A stretch of DNA of 64,000 bases from Ginglymostoma cirratum. Lineage: Eukaryota. The notes below the pieces were generated by a model. It saw nothing but the letters and a program-made list of their open reading frames with translations, was not told where the DNA came from and did no database searches. A program made the translations under genes and the position numbers. Positions 25,980-39,841 of the stretch are shown piece after piece. Position 1 is the first letter of the stretch. Each line of letters starts with the position of its first letter. Location: the NCBI GenBank assembly GCA_024137785.1, contig JAHRHZ010000058.1, positions 18,404,215 through 18,468,214 of the forward strand. The letters are read 5' to 3'.

Positions 25980-27336
25980 GTAAGTACTGGATTGTGCATA
26001 GCATTCTTTCAATATGAATATTCAGCAAAATATTCTCTCCATTTACTTAAAGAAAAATTAACTTATCATTACAGGTGATTAATGATCAATTTTATTTTCA
26101 TATCTGAGAGCTTTATATAAACTGTTGATGACTTGTATATTAAAAAAAGCAACACTATGAGGAACTATAGGGTTTCTATGAAGGGAATCAGGGTTGAAAT
26201 ATGCAGCATCCGGGTCTGATATAGGAAACTTTGCTTAGGATTTGTTTCTTGAATCCTTCTTTGTTGAAACCTGGAATTTGGTTTATTTTTTCCATTCCAT
26301 TTTCCTGCTATTTCCTTGCTCTCCCCCTCGGTATTAATTATGGCTGAAAGTTCCATTCAGGCTCTTAGTGACTAGCTGCATGTCTCACTGAAGGATTTCT
26401 GAGTTTATATTAAATCAGACTCAAAACTGAAAAGCAGTTTGAAAAGACAGATCCATTGTACAGTATGTACGTAATAGAGTGAAAAGCCAAATTGCCCCCA
26501 GAGAATATTACCACAGATAAAATATGCATTTAGCCTCTCAGATCGATGTTTGTTTCATGAGCTTCCTGGTCTAATCCTACATTCTTGTTCACGCCGCACA
26601 TTTTTCCTTTATTGTTCTTTTTCAGGCAACTATATAAATTACTTTTCAAAAGAATCTGCGGACTCTACAATCGCATTTATGCAGAAATTTCCACAATCCA
26701 GTAACCCAATGTATAAAGATAGTGCCCCATTGTGTATGTTGTAGTTAGTGATGTTTTCATTTTGGGAGTGCTGATCTGTAGGATCTCCAAAGGAAACATT
26801 GCTTCCTCTAGAAGTGGAGGTGTTTTCCACCATCTGCAACTTGAAAGTATAGTTTGTAATAGTTGATCAGATTAAAACCATGTCACAATAACAATAAGCG
26901 TTTCTAAGTTCACATCTAGTTGGAAAGAAATTATCTGTTTGCAGCATTTTGGTGAACTGATTTTGGGGATCAATGGGAAGTCCTGTAGATGAAAGATTCA
27001 AACAAAAATTCTCAAGTTGCGTTTTCACTGATTATACCCAACTCCCCAACCCATCCTGCTCAACTGGCACATGTCCCTGAGAAATCTCTTTCTTGCGTAT
27101 ATTAGGAAAGTTTATGGGTGGCGTATCATGTTTCACTTCTTTGAAGTTTTGTATATAAAACTGTAATAAATGAATGACAGCATTCAGTGGGAATAAAATC
27201 CTGGATATTGCGTTAACGAGCAAGGTTTTTAAAAAAAAATTGATCCTCTGAAGGTTCTGATCTCATTTGCCAATACTTGTTTACCTCCTTACCAGCATGT
27301 GTGGCCATGACTAAGAACAAGATACCATAATGTGTT

Positions 27337-27800
27337 ATTAATTGCCCTGGAGAAGATTGCAGTGAGCAGCCACCTTGGGTAACTGTAGTACCTGCAGTGT
27401 GAAGGCACCCATAGTGTTGTTAAGAAGGGAGCTCCAGGATTTTGATCCAGCAACGCTGTAGGAATGGTGGTATATTTCCAGGAAGGTGCGTGGTTTGGAA
27501 GGGAGTTTGCAAGTGGTGGTATTCCCAGGCATCTGCCGCCCTTGTCCTGGTAGTGGAAGTCCTGGCTTTGAAAGGTGCTGTCAAAGAAACCTTGTATAGC
27601 TCTTGCAGTGCAACTTTAGATGGCACACTGCTGTCATTGTACATTGGTGGTGAAAGAATTAAATCTTGAAGGTTTCAGTTGGTTTTCAATGAGGCGGGTA
27701 GCCTGTCCTGCAATGTAGTTGGAGCTCCGTCCATCCAAGTCCAGAATATTCATAACATTCCTGAATTGCAAGGTATTGGGAAGACAGGAGGTAATTTACC
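27337..27800 (-). mobile_element. LINE 3' fragment, same family as 2106-2570
   Basis: ttaattgccctggagaag…gggagctccaggattttgatccagc…ttgcaagtggtggtattcccaggcatctgccgcccttgtcct. Confidence 0.75.
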
Positions 27801-28409
27801 AAAGGTAACCAGAAATCCAAAGGTGAAGCACCTGTTGCTAGCAGGTGGATTTTTAAAAAATTGCAGATAGAAAATTGAATGCTGAAGTTCTTGGTCTTGG
27901 ATCATCCCAATAACGTGATATTATTCGCTTATAGAGATGCCTCGTGTAAGTCCAGGCAATGGATTACCCAGAGTAGGAAGATTTTTAATATTCCTTGTGG
28001 GAGACAATCTGAAGTTTTGTTTAACATGGGGGGCAAAGGAAACAAAAAAAGGGAGGCAGAGCACTTTAGCTACCGCAGTGCTGATTCTGTTATGTAGTCT
28101 TCTATAGGCTAGCTCCATGACTGGATTTGAGTCTATCTCACCAAAGCATTAGCCCGGTACTCTGAATTACGAGTTGTGATTATTACCGATAAACTGTCTG
28201 TGTCTCCCTCTCTGTTTGCCCCTCCTGCCCACCCTCCCTGCTGCCCCTCTGCTTGTCTCTCGTGCTGTCTCCTGCTTGCGCACTCCCTCTTCCCCCACAT
28301 GCTGTGTCTTTCTTCTATTAACTCTGAGTAGGACAGTCATGGGCTCGCTCAAGCTCCCACTCCAAAGACTGGAGCCATGTAATCTACTGATTTTTGCTGG
28401 TGCCCGCAT

Positions 28410-28710
28410 TGAGTGAGTGTTGCACTCTGAGTTGTGTCCTTCAGTGGATGTATTGAAGAACAACTCTTGGCTGCATCTAAAAGACCTAATGTATTTTGAA
28501 GAGTAGCAGAGGAATTTTTCCAGATATCCTGGGTCTGATATTTATTGACCAATGTCACTTTTTAAGATAAAAATTGACATCGTTATTTATCATATAAGAG
28601 ATTTGCTGGGGTGTTTTCTACATTTGAACAGCAACTATATAGTTGCCGGCAAAGTACTCCAGAAGGTCCTGTGATCATTAAGGCTATTAGATGAATATTT
28701 ATATCTCTTT
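28410..28710 (+). mobile_element. Deu-domain SINE remnant
   Basis: taaaagacctaatgtattttgaagagtagcagaggaatttttccagatatcctgg…tatttatt resembles the Deu domain. A similar 3' half lies at 38685-38930. Confidence 0.5.
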
Positions 28711-29647
28711 CTCCTCAATGCCAAGTATCAAAGATAATATAAACTACCGGAAGTGGATGAGTGAAGATTCATTGCATATCCTAAACACTGAATTATAATG
28801 TACTGTATTGTTAAGTGTTTTTAATAAGTCATAAATTGTTTAAGGACTTAAATAAGACATAAGGAGTAGCAGGGTTAGACTATATGGCCCTTGAGTTCCT
28901 TTGTACTCCATCTGCCACCTTCTAGCATGGATTTGTATTCCGTGAGAGCCTCTTTGCATCTTTCTCATGGCTTATATTCCCACGTTTTGTATCATCAGCA
29001 AACTTGAATAGGTTGCCCTCCACCCTTTGTTTCAGTCATTATGTAGATTATAAATGGCTGAGGTTCTAACGCCGGTCCTTGTGGGAGCCCACTGCAATAG
29101 AACTTGATAATGTCCCATTCATTTTCACACAAGTGACAAACTGCTGATGCTGGAAATCTGAAAATAAAGCAGTGTCTTTTGAAAGAGAAAGAGTTAATGT
29201 TGGTTCTAGTGAGAGGTCATCAACCTGAAATGTGAAATCTGTTTCTCACTGTTTATTTCTGCTCTATTATTTGACCTCTTGCTAATACTTCATTCACACT
29301 AATATTTTTCCTCCAACCTTACGAGATGTTACAAAAGCAAAATAAGAGATCTGACGTTTCTAAAAGAATTGGATTATTGTTTGAATAGAAATAATGTGCA
29401 AGGGTATGGAGTGATAAGGAGAAGATTGTCGCTAGATAAAGAGCTTTGAATGGTGGTCTCCTGCGCTGAAATGCTTGTGTTTCTGTGAAAGAAAATCAAA
29501 GTGGTGGAGAACCCTGCAGTTCTGATCATCTGTGAAGAGAGAAATGAAGTTATTGTTTTGAGTCCAAGTCATATCTGACTCAAAGCATTACAAATGCTGA
29601 TAAACCCGCTGTGTTTCTCCAGCTCTTTTTGTTTTTAGATATTTTAT

Positions 29648-29757
29648 GATCAACCTATTCAGATGCGTCAGGACACATGTCTGGAGCAGGTAGGACTTGA
29701 ACACCAGCCTCCTGGTTTAAAGGTGGAGGCACTAACAGTGCATCACCAGAGCCCTCC
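29648..29757 (-). mobile_element. Short tRNA-derived SINE
   Basis: Reverse reads gagggctctggtgatgcactgttagtgcc…ggtgttcaagtcctacctgctccag, with box A-like and box B-like motifs. Confidence 0.55.
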
Positions 29758-30100
29758 TTACTTTCTGTTTTTATCCCATGGAATCATATCTTGTTTTATT
29801 TGGGTGGTTTATTTTAAAAAGTAAGTATTGGATACATATAGTTTCTTTCTCAGCCTCAGGATGATTAGAAGTGCTTTATAATCAGCTAATTACTTCTGAA
29901 TTGCAGTTGTTGACCCATTGTAGTCATCTTAGCAGGCATACAATTAGGTTCCATAACTAGCGTCATAGTGACTAAATAATCGTTTATAGCCATGTTAATT
30001 TAGGGGTAAAGATTGAACAGGATGCTGTTTTGTAGTGAGGAAGGTCTGCTAGTGCTTTGTATGATGATCTGAGCAATTTGTTTTACAATTTCTACTTCAG

Positions 30101-30289
30101 CTTGCAATTGCCATGGCAAATCTGCAGAATGTTACTTCGACTCTGAGCTCTACCGAGCCACCGGACACGGTGGGCACTGCCGCAACTGCATTGAGAATAC
30201 TGATGGTCCCAACTGCGAGAGGTGTCGGGATGATTTCTACCGCCAGGGCCCGGAAGCCCAATGTCTGCCGTGCAATTGTAACCCAGTGG
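30101..30289 (+). CDS. LAMC1: LAMC1 exon 5 equivalent, LE domain
   Basis: cttcag|CT TGC...GTG G|gtgagt; (P)CNCHGKSAECYFDSELYRATGHGGHCRNCIENTDGPNCERCRDDFYRQGPEAQCLPCNCNPV; 189 nt; correct frame is not in the ORF track. Confidence 0.97.
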
Positions 30290-30957
30290 GTGAGTGCAGA
30301 ACTGTTCAAAACAGAATTTATTTTGGTAATTGTGTGCACAGTTGTTGTACCATAACATCTTGGGGGAAAATGCCTCAATGATGTGCTTTATACAGGTTTT
30401 GTTATGTCAGAGCTTTGGCTATGTAGAAGCTTTGGTTAATTTATAAACTTTGCTTCCCTGAAGATCTGAAATCTCGTTGAACTAGGACTGCGAAATGACA
30501 CGGTGGTGGAGTCCAAAGAATTGAGATGATCTCATTCCTTTGAGACTATGAAGATGAATCAATCTAATGAATGTTTCTCTATTTGCATCTGTCTCTATCT
30601 TCCTTTATTTATTTTATAAGATATTAGATTGCAACCCTGTACAGGTTCTGTAGCTGTGCTGTTGAATTTACAAAATGTCAGTCTCCCATTCTGGTCAAGT
30701 TTTTTGTTTCTTTATTCATTCATGGGATGAAGGCATCTCTGGCTAGGCAGCATTTATTGCCCATCCCTAATTGTCCAGAGGGCAGCTAAGAATCAACTGC
30801 ATTAACATGAACTCTTTAAACTGAATCCAATGTTTGATAAGAGTCTACTGCTCCCAACCATGTCCGTAGCTGCACTGAAAATTCATTCCATCGAAAATTT
30901 TCTTGTTGGAGGGCAATGGAGGAAGACCCAGTGCTCTGCAAACAGTAAAATGAAAGA

Positions 30958-31085
30958 AAGGACTGCAAATGCTACAGATCTAAAACAGAAAACTGAAATC
31001 GCTGGAAAAACTCAGCGGGTTTGGCTGCATCTGTTGGACTGAAAGCAGAGTAAACATTTCAAGTCTGGAGACTCTTCATCAGAAC
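30958..31085 (-). mobile_element. Family A single arm with hammerhead motif (antisense)
   Basis: Reverse reads GTT-CTGATGA-A-GAGTC tcca GACTT-GAAAT-GTT. Confidence 0.8.
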
Positions 31086-31801
31086 GTTACAAACAGGAAA
31101 GTTTTTGGACAGTGCTCATCTGTTCCAAGCAATTTCTCGCAATTTCTCAGGTCGTATATTGAGACCAGTTTCCACCAAGGGCTTTAACGGGAACTGTCTT
31201 TATTTTTTACGAATGTCAGTATGGAGTAGAGGCGTGCGGCTGAAACTCCAAACTCATCTGCATGAAAACTGTACAATAATATCCCTGATCAGGAGCTGAA
31301 ATTTCCATGTGAACCTTGGGGATTGATCTAGTTGCTGACGCACAGCCAGCAGTGTCCTCTCTTGGGAATCAATCTTCTTGCCAGCACTCATCAGAATATA
31401 TATTGGTTACCTCCCTCTCAGAAAGTCATGGCACTTTGCATATGCTGGCACCTTCATACCAGCTTTCCAGGCTGAAGAATCTCAAGACATGGGGCAGACA
31501 ATCACTGAAAATCTAATTTGGGAGCCTGCTTTGGAAAATAGAAATTGTAATGGATAAAGGCCCAACCTTTCCAGCCCTTCCTCATAAAATAACTCCCCCC
31601 AGGGATCAGGCAAATAAACCGTCTCTGAACTAGTTCTAACAAGACAAGAACTGTATATTGTACTCAGGATGTTGGTTAAATCACATCTGTTCTTTTATAG
31701 TCCACTCTGCTTGTAATAAATAACTATATTCCATTTGCCTTCCTGTTTATTTGCAGTACTTGCTGCAGAAATGATTAATATTGCTTTCATTTGCTTTCAA
31801 G

Positions 31802-31919
31802 GTTCAATCAGCACACAATGTGATATCTATGGCCGGTGCAGCTGCAAACCAGGAGTGATGGGAGATAAATGTGACCATTGCCAGCCTGGCTACCACTCAC
31901 TAACTGAAGCAGGATGCAG
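31802..31919 (+). CDS. LAMC1: LAMC1 exon 6 equivalent, LE domain
   Basis: tttcaag|GT TCA...TGC AG|gtaatt; (G)[38 protein letters not shown](R); 118 nt. Confidence 0.97.
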
Positions 31920-34807
31920 GTAATTGGAAGTATGCGGTTTTGTAGTTTCTTTGCTCTTCATGCATTTCCAGTGATGAAGGTAATAGATGATTAACTTATT
32001 TTTGACAGCTGCTTATGATAAGCATCTAACTGCTCACTAATATTAATACAGATATTGTGTTTGTAGATTACCCTTCCCCTCCATGCAATGTTTTCTGTAG
32101 GTTTTGATCATTTCACTAGAAACTGCGGTTAGCTGTTAATAGCCCATAAATGATTAATGTGAACATATAACAGTCCCTGATCTTTTCTTTATTGGTGGCA
32201 TCAATGTGTTTCGTTCAAATAGTTAACACCTCTATACACAGAAGAATCTCAACCAACATCTGTTTTATATTAGCATTTGCTGGTATTTAGTGTTAATTGG
32301 TTCAACTGATGGCTGCATTCAAGATCAGTGCCTCTCAGGATGAGTACAGCATGTGCATGTAGGTTTAGAGTCCTGCAGAGTGAGAATTTTGAGGTTTCTG
32401 AATGAGTAAGTAGAAAAGGATTTTGAATTGATGCTCCCATGCACTAAACCTTTGCATGAAAATAAAGAGCCACTTCCACTTTCAGGCACTGCTGGGCTGG
32501 CCCCCAGTATGCGCACAGGTGATAGCAGAGGCAGTGTCCCGCGTGCAGTGTGCTGTAAAATTCAGGAAATGCAGTAACTGAGACACACAGAACAAGCTCA
32601 GTGCAGGTGCAGCAGCTGTTGATGGAAAGGTCCTGGTTCAAGAGCAAGTGATTTAACAGCAGCTTCCTGGAAGGATGGCGATGGAATGGAAAGAATTTTT
32701 TTATTGGAAAACGTTACCACTTTGTCTCCCAAAAGCAGCAGTGCACATTCCTAGTTCAGTTCCAATCTCACCCAGTTTGTTCTTAGACTCCTTGTTCTGG
32801 GTGCATGTCATTGATGTCAGCATCACTGACTTCCCATACTATTAGAGCAACAGGAGATACTTCATAGGCAACATTACATTTCTGGCTACCAAATAGCCCA
32901 TGTGCTCAGATTAACACTAAGTTTCTGCTGTTAGTTATGGAAAAGATTGAGTTGGCTAGTCTGAGTCTTGTGAAAGTAATTTCCCCCTTGGTAGGGAAAC
33001 AAAATGTTCCTGGAGTTGTAGCCAAACCAAGAGTCAATAACTGCAGAAAAAGGAGGGAGAACGCTGAATAAATAGGCTAATATACAATGAGCTGATGTTA
33101 AACTGAAGTGGGACTGTCATCAATACCTCTTTGCATTTTAAAGGAAATAACAGTGACAGTGCATTAGTTGCTTGGTGTATAAGATGGCCCCATATTTCCA
33201 GCCCTAGCAATCATGTTTTGCATGTAAGTCGAGCCTCCTATTCAATCACAACATGTTTTGCTCACAACAGTAGCCTTAATTATATGCCTCACAACTAGAT
33301 GTTTTATTTGTGTTTTAATCAGGCACAAGGGATCAAGCAGACAATTAAGGTTGTATGGTGACAATGTATAAGAGTTTAAGACACTCGTACAGAGCGGGCT
33401 CCACGTGGCAAACAACAAAAAGAAATGAGTCTTCCAACAAAATAAATGAAGTATAAAACTGGTTTCATTCAAAGTCATAACATATGTTAACTTGTTTAAA
33501 AAAAGCTTCGCTGTAGCAAGGGAATTCTGGGACCACCCAGTGGCCTGATCTTGAGAAGCATATTCCTCAAACTGTCAGAATAGTTTCGGTGTCACTAGAT
33601 ATACACTTTTTATATATAAATGAAACCCCAAGTCCAACAAAGACTTCAGAGAAATAGCTACTTGGTTTGGTTCCTTTATGAAATAGTGTCTAGTGTGGTA
33701 GCAGAAGATTAACATTACTCAGACTACTGTCAGTTTTTAGCAATTCTTCATTAGACAGTGACAATGGAAAAGTACCCATTATGTTACATGGGCAACGTAG
33801 ATGAAATGCCCATGATTTTTTCTTGCCCAGCGACAAAACTGCAATGAAATGGACGAAAAGGAGTTTTAGTGAAAACTACAGGATGTGAGCAGATAAGACT
33901 CGATGGTAGTAACTGTACTGTTGACAGAATGAAATTAAAGACAACGGCCATTTTCAAATGTAATACCATACGTTAAAAAAAATCCCTGCAGATGTTTTTA
34001 ATACATGTGCCTGACAATGATTAGATGGATGAGGATTGAGTCAAGTTATGAATTTGATAATGGGCAGCACAGTTGACTATGTAAAGAGTAGAGCTTGTGG
34101 GACCTGTTGAGATCCAGAGATGCCTCTGAAGGAATAACACTGGCATTGTGCTTATACCAGGAGATCTAACGTTCACAGTTCAACATTCAAATATTTCCCC
34201 CAAAAAGCAATTCGAAGATCACGTTTGTCGCAATGGAATAGGTTGATGGAGGGGAAAAAACCCTTCAGAATGCACAAATATTCATGCTATCCTGCTTGTC
34301 ATCTTGTGTGGTTTTGAAGCACTTTTTCATTGCAATTAAAGGTATCCTTATATAATTAATTTATTCAATATATCATGCCACATTAATATGAATTAGCTAC
34401 GTATTTCTTTTGCGCATCTCAAAATATCAGCAATCGTATTCTTGTGGCAATTCACATTTTTTTATTCCATGGACAACTTGGAATAACATTGCAATCCGTT
34501 TTGGAGGCTTCAAAGGTTGACTTGTGCTATGACATTTATGGTAACTAGAAATACTCAGTTTCCCTCTTCCAAGAGTGAACTTGGTTTGAGGTTTTGAGAA
34601 ATTGTTGACCCGTCTTAATGTTCTTAAAATCACTGATTGCTTGTTTGCTGTGTATTAATTGAGATACCATATTTTATAAAATATGAAACCAAAAGTACAA
34701 TCTATTGTATTCTCACTTCCCCATGGGCCATCACAATTGCCATTATAAGATAATAGCCATATAGTTGACTGCATTAGAGTAACTTCATTAACTGCTAGTC
34801 ATGTAAT

Positions 34808-35360
34808 TAGAAAATGCCGAAAATACTCAGCAGGTCAGTCAGCCTCTGCAGAGAGAGGAGTAGTCAGTATTTCGGTTAGATGTCACATCAGAACATGGAA
34901 ATATACAGAATGAAAGAAGAAAAGGGAAGGCCTGTGATAGAGCAAAAATGCAAATGGTTAAATAACAAAGCAGCTGATGATACAAGACAAGATAGAGTGG
35001 CAATGGAGCAAGAAAAAAATAAGGTATCTTCTTATCCAAGCTATAACGCTTTTCAATTCTGTCGAAAGGTCACTGACTTGAAATAAAAATGGGAATTGCT
35101 GGAAAAACTCTTCAGGTCTGGTAGCAACTGTGGAGAGAAAACAGAGTTAACATTTCAGATTCAGTGACCTGGATCTGAAACATTAACCCTCCTTTCTATC
35201 TGCAGATGCTGCCAGATCTGCAGGGTTCTTCCATCAATTTCTGTTTTTCAGTATCTAAGTCTTTTTTTCTGTTGTTTAGTGTCACTGACTGGAAATGTTC
35301 ATTCTGATTTACTGTCCACGTGCTGCAAGAAGAATTGAGTATTTCCAGTGTTTGCTTTCG
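34808..35360. mobile_element. Older family A inverted cassette containing a nested younger palindromic cassette (35085-35280)
   Basis: Outer arms at about 34808-34895 (minus) and 35057-35084 plus 35281-35360 (plus). Inner palindrome flanked by GTCACTGACT(T/G)GAAAT at 35069-35084 and 35281-35296. Confidence 0.75.
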
Positions 35361-35469
35361 CATTAATTGCTATTGCTCCACTTGCCATCTAGAAATTTTG
35401 GATTAAATGCAGAAGCACTTCCTGGGTTTAGGTGTTGTTGTGTTTCTTACATGCTTTCTCTCCTGGCAG

Positions 35470-35568
35470 ACCTTGTGCTTGTAACCCTGCTGGCAGCACA
35501 GAAGAATGCATTGTCGATACGGGGCGTTGTATGTGCAAGAATAATGTTGAGGGATTCAACTGTGAGAG
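35470..35568 (+). CDS. LAMC1: LAMC1 exon 7 equivalent, LE domain
   Basis: tggcag|A CCT...GAG AG|gtagga; PCACNPAGSTEECIVDTGRCMCKNNVEGFNCE(R); 99 nt. Confidence 0.96.
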
Positions 35569-36719
35569 GTAGGATTATGGGTTCTTTTGTTGAAGTTATG
35601 TGATTCTAATGTTACTTCAAAAAAAAATCAGTCTCTGTTTATTTGTTATTTTGCATTAGATTACATAGAATTAACAGAACAGCAATAAGCCAGTTTATGT
35701 ACGTCAGTGTTCATGTTCCACACAGCCGCTTCCAATTCTACTTCACTTTACCTCACCGTACCAGCATGTCCTTTCATTCCTTTCTCCCTTGTGCACTTGC
35801 CTAGCTGCTTAGAGGATGGCAGGGGGTGCTGTCTTCTTTCTGTTCAATGCCATCTCTCTTCGCTTCTAATTCCTCCTTTTATTGCTCCTCCCCAAGTGAG
35901 CTGATCCTTCCAAGGCCTCACGGTCCTCTTGGACCACATCTCTCTGGAGAGCTTTGTTAGGGAGAGTGTAGCAGACCACCAAAGTGGCAGAGACTCTTGC
36001 AGGAGATTATTGCAAGGCAGAAGCTAACCTCACTCGGTGCTGGACCCAGTGCCCTCTATGCTGTCAATGCCCAATGGTGATCCCAGTGTCTTGCCCTACA
36101 ATGATAAAGAGGACCTGTGACATCTGGATGATGCACCACTGTACTGCAGCAGGTGGGATGCTGCAGAGATGTGTACTGGTGGGAACACAGTGTCTGTGAC
36201 CGTATGCCTAGAAAATCACAATCTCATTCAGCACTGGTGTGCAGTTATATCCGTGTCCCTTCACCTACATGTAGATCCTATGTTGCAGGCAGTGTCTCTT
36301 TCTCTACCATGCCCCTTATCCTGTCCGGCCTCATGATGCCTGGCATTTTGCCCTTTGTTTGCCGGCTGCTGCTATTCAGTACAATGGCTTTGATTTCTGA
36401 GGATGCAGCACCGCACCCCTCCCCCCGCCCCCAAAGTTTCCAGATGTACCTTCTCTTGGACCTCAAACTCCAAATGCCCACTGTCCAATAGCCTCTCAAT
36501 GCCAGAATAGTGATGACCCCTTATTCTAAATTTTCAACTTCTTAGTTCAAGGCAGGAGCCTTAATTGTGATAGACTGCTGTAACTTCAAATGTTTCATGC
36601 CTTTCAGCTTTCAAAAACATTTTTACTTTATTTTTAAATGCTGGCTACTTCATGATTTGCCCAAATCGTGTCCTTACTTCCTATGCAGCTGGTCTGACTC
36701 AGTTAGCTTCTAAATGTTG

Positions 36720-37790
36720 ACTCATAGTATTATCCAACTTGGAAACAGACCCTGTGGTCCAACCCATCCATGCCAATCAGTTGTCCCAATCTGACCTAGT
36801 CCCATTTGCCGGCACCTGGCCCATATCCCTCTAAATTCTTCCTATTCATTCACCCATCCAGGTGCCTTTTAAATGTTGTAATTTTCACAGTCTCCACCAC
36901 TTCCTCTGGCAGCTCATTCCATACGTGAATCACCTTGTTGCCTCGTAGGCCCCTTTTACGTCTTTCCACTCTCACCTTAAACCTATGCCCTCTAGTTTTG
37001 GACTCTCCTACCCTAGGATAAAGGCCCGGGATATTCACCCTATTCATGTCACTCATGATTTTATAAACCTCTATAAGGTCACCTCCACGTTCCTGGGGAA
37101 GAAAGCCACAGGCTATTCAACCTCTCCTGATAACTCAAACCCTCCAGTCCCAGCAACATCCTAGTAAATCTTTTCTGCACCCTCTCGTTAGTTTAACAAC
37201 ATCTTAACTGTAGAATGGCGACCAGAATTACACGCAGTATTCTCAAAACGGCCTCACAAATGGCCTGTGCAGCCGCAATATGACATCCCAATTCCAATAC
37301 TCTCTGTTTTGACCGTTGAAGTAAAGTGAGCCTAATGCCTTCACCACCCTCTCTATCTGTAAGTCCACTTTCAAGGGACTATGCACTTGCACCCCTAGCT
37401 CTGTGTTTGGCAACACTCCCCAGGACCCTACCATTCACTGTAAAAGTCCTGCCTTGGCTTGCCTTACCAAATGCAACACCTCACACTTATCTAAATTAAA
37501 TTCCATCTGCCACTTCTTGGCCCATTGGCCCATCAGATCAAGGTACCGTTGTACTCTGAGATCTTCTTCACTGTTCACGGGTGTCATCTGCAAACTTACT
37601 AACCATGCTTCCTGTATTCACATCCAAATCATTTCTATAAGTGACAAGAAGCAGTGGAGCTAGCAGCAATCCTTGTGGCACACCGCTGGTCATAGGCCTC
37701 CAGTCCGAAAAGCACCCCTCTATCTCCACCCCTGTCTCCTATCTTTGAGCCATATTGTATCAAATTGGCTAGCTCTGTCTGTATCCTTTG
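36720..37790 (-). mobile_element. CR1-clade (HER1-like) LINE, 5'-truncated
   Basis: Minus ORFs: PRVGESKTRGHRFKVR…WNELPEEVVE…TFKRHLDG; LGVQVHSPLKV…; colinear with 23170-24290. Confidence 0.93.
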
Positions 37791-39704
37791 GGAAAGTTTG
37801 AAATGTTCTGGGAGGTGGGCAGTTAGTAAGCCAATAATGACATTAATTGGCCTGGTACTTGATGTGGGCAAGTTTGCAGACACACACTCTCGTCTCCTCT
37901 GCTGTTGGGAAAATCAGGCAGGGCAAAAAACGATGTGGGACTTTTAGCTGTGCACAAGTGCGATACTTGCCTCTATACTGAAAGATTTTGTTGATTTTCA
38001 GAGTTAAGTGCTCTGCTAAAGGTCACTCTGGAATTCTGCACTGTTTGCTGGAATTTCTTCAATGTCTCTTGAATGTGTTTCTATTTACATGAGAGATTAA
38101 CCCAATTTAAGAGGATGTTTGAATCATCTGTGGAATGGATCTCCTTAATGTAATTGGCCTAATGGGTACTATCTGTATTGTCGCCTTGATCAAAGAAAAC
38201 TGTTGGGTCTGTCCACAACTGGGCAATGCTTCTTTTGCTTAGTGCCTTAAACTAGTCATCCATAGCAATTTGGGTTCTACTACTAGTTTTACCTGAATAT
38301 CCACCTTGATATTCTTCAGCGTGCAGAATACTTCTTTGCTGACCTTTTCGATTGCCAATATCACTTAATTTTGGAAGATTATTCTCCTGATTTTAAAATA
38401 TCACACCTTGGGATGCATCAGAGGTATCTCAGCATTTTGCATCGGTTTGAGGAATTGGGTTTTAAAAATAGCTATCTTAAGGCATGTTTAGTTCAAAGGA
38501 GTTGTTACATTCAATCACTTAACAGGCAGCTCCTTTGCAATAGTTTTGTTGTTCTGTCAGGTTGCTACAGGTGTAAAGAGATTCTAAAATGAAGTCACGT
38601 TCCAGATTTGAAAGTCATGTGGGAGCTATACTGAATTCAAGTATTTTCTGAGTATTAATGTGGAAAAGTGTAGCCTTCATGCATTAAATGAAAAGATCCT
38701 CTGGTACGAGTATCAATAATATTTGTTAGTCACTGTTTTATCCCTCAACCAAAATCACTTTGAAAAAAATGGTGTTAGCTTTTATTGCTTTTCACATGAT
38801 TGAGTGGTGGGTAAATTGGCTGTCAGATTTCCTACATTACTGCATGTTTTTTTAATTTCAACAAATATCCAGTTGGGCTATAAAGCACTTTGCTGAGGCC
38901 ATGAAAGATGTTATATAAATGCAGGTCCTAGTCTTTTCAGCATCGTCAATTTTAACAGGAACTGAGTCTGTTCTATATATCTCACATTCCACCACTGGAA
39001 AATATTCATTTAATCTCTCATCTCATTTGAGGCTGAATTTTAAACCTGTTTCCTCTAGTTTTGTGGCCATGATCCAAGTCAAATAACTCTCATACATATC
39101 AACATTTGTGTCTCAGCATTTTTAAAGATCCGGATCATGTCTCACCATAGTTATCTTCTCTCCACTGAAAACATGTTCAGCTCTGTATATTTCTTCATAA
39201 CTGAGGCCTTCATGTTATTGACGCCTTTTTCACTGAACTCCCTCCCACAACTTTACCGCCGCTTCGAGTATGAAGTCACCTTGTACTTTTGCTGTCTGTA
39301 ATCTGTGCAAATGAAAGGTCATCTTCAATGCTCAACGTATGTGCTGTGAACTGGCCTAGAATGTGGAACCTTTCACTGGCTAAGTTTTAAGTAGAAGTAA
39401 CTTCAGAAATATGTTATTGTCTTTTGTCATTTTCACTAAATAGTAATGAAGATAGCTAATTGAAATTTTTAATTGGGTATTGCTAAGTTGTAGCTGAGGA
39501 AACCACTCTTTGCTTAGACTTAGATGGCTGAGTTTTTTTAATTGAAGATGAAATCACAGCCTAGTCTTTTTGCAATCACGAGATTATTTGGCTTTTATGT
39601 TGTATAGGTAAGAATTCAGTAACTTAGCAAGGTTCTTAAAAATGAACAAATTAGTTTGAAATGTTAGTAGTAAATACATTCATAATGAGTTTTCTTTTCT
39701 ACAG

Positions 39705-39841
39705 ATGCAAACCAGGATTTTTCAACTTGGACCCCCGGAACCCCCATGGCTGCACAGCCTGCTTTTGCTTTGGTCATTCATCTGTTTGTAGCAAAGCTGA
39801 GGGCTACAGTATCAAGAGGATCACATCAAGCTTTGATACAG
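39705..39841 (+). CDS. LAMC1: LAMC1 exon 8 equivalent, LE / start of L4
   Basis: ctacag|A TGC...ACA G|gtgttg; [45 protein letters not shown]; 137 nt. Confidence 0.95.
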
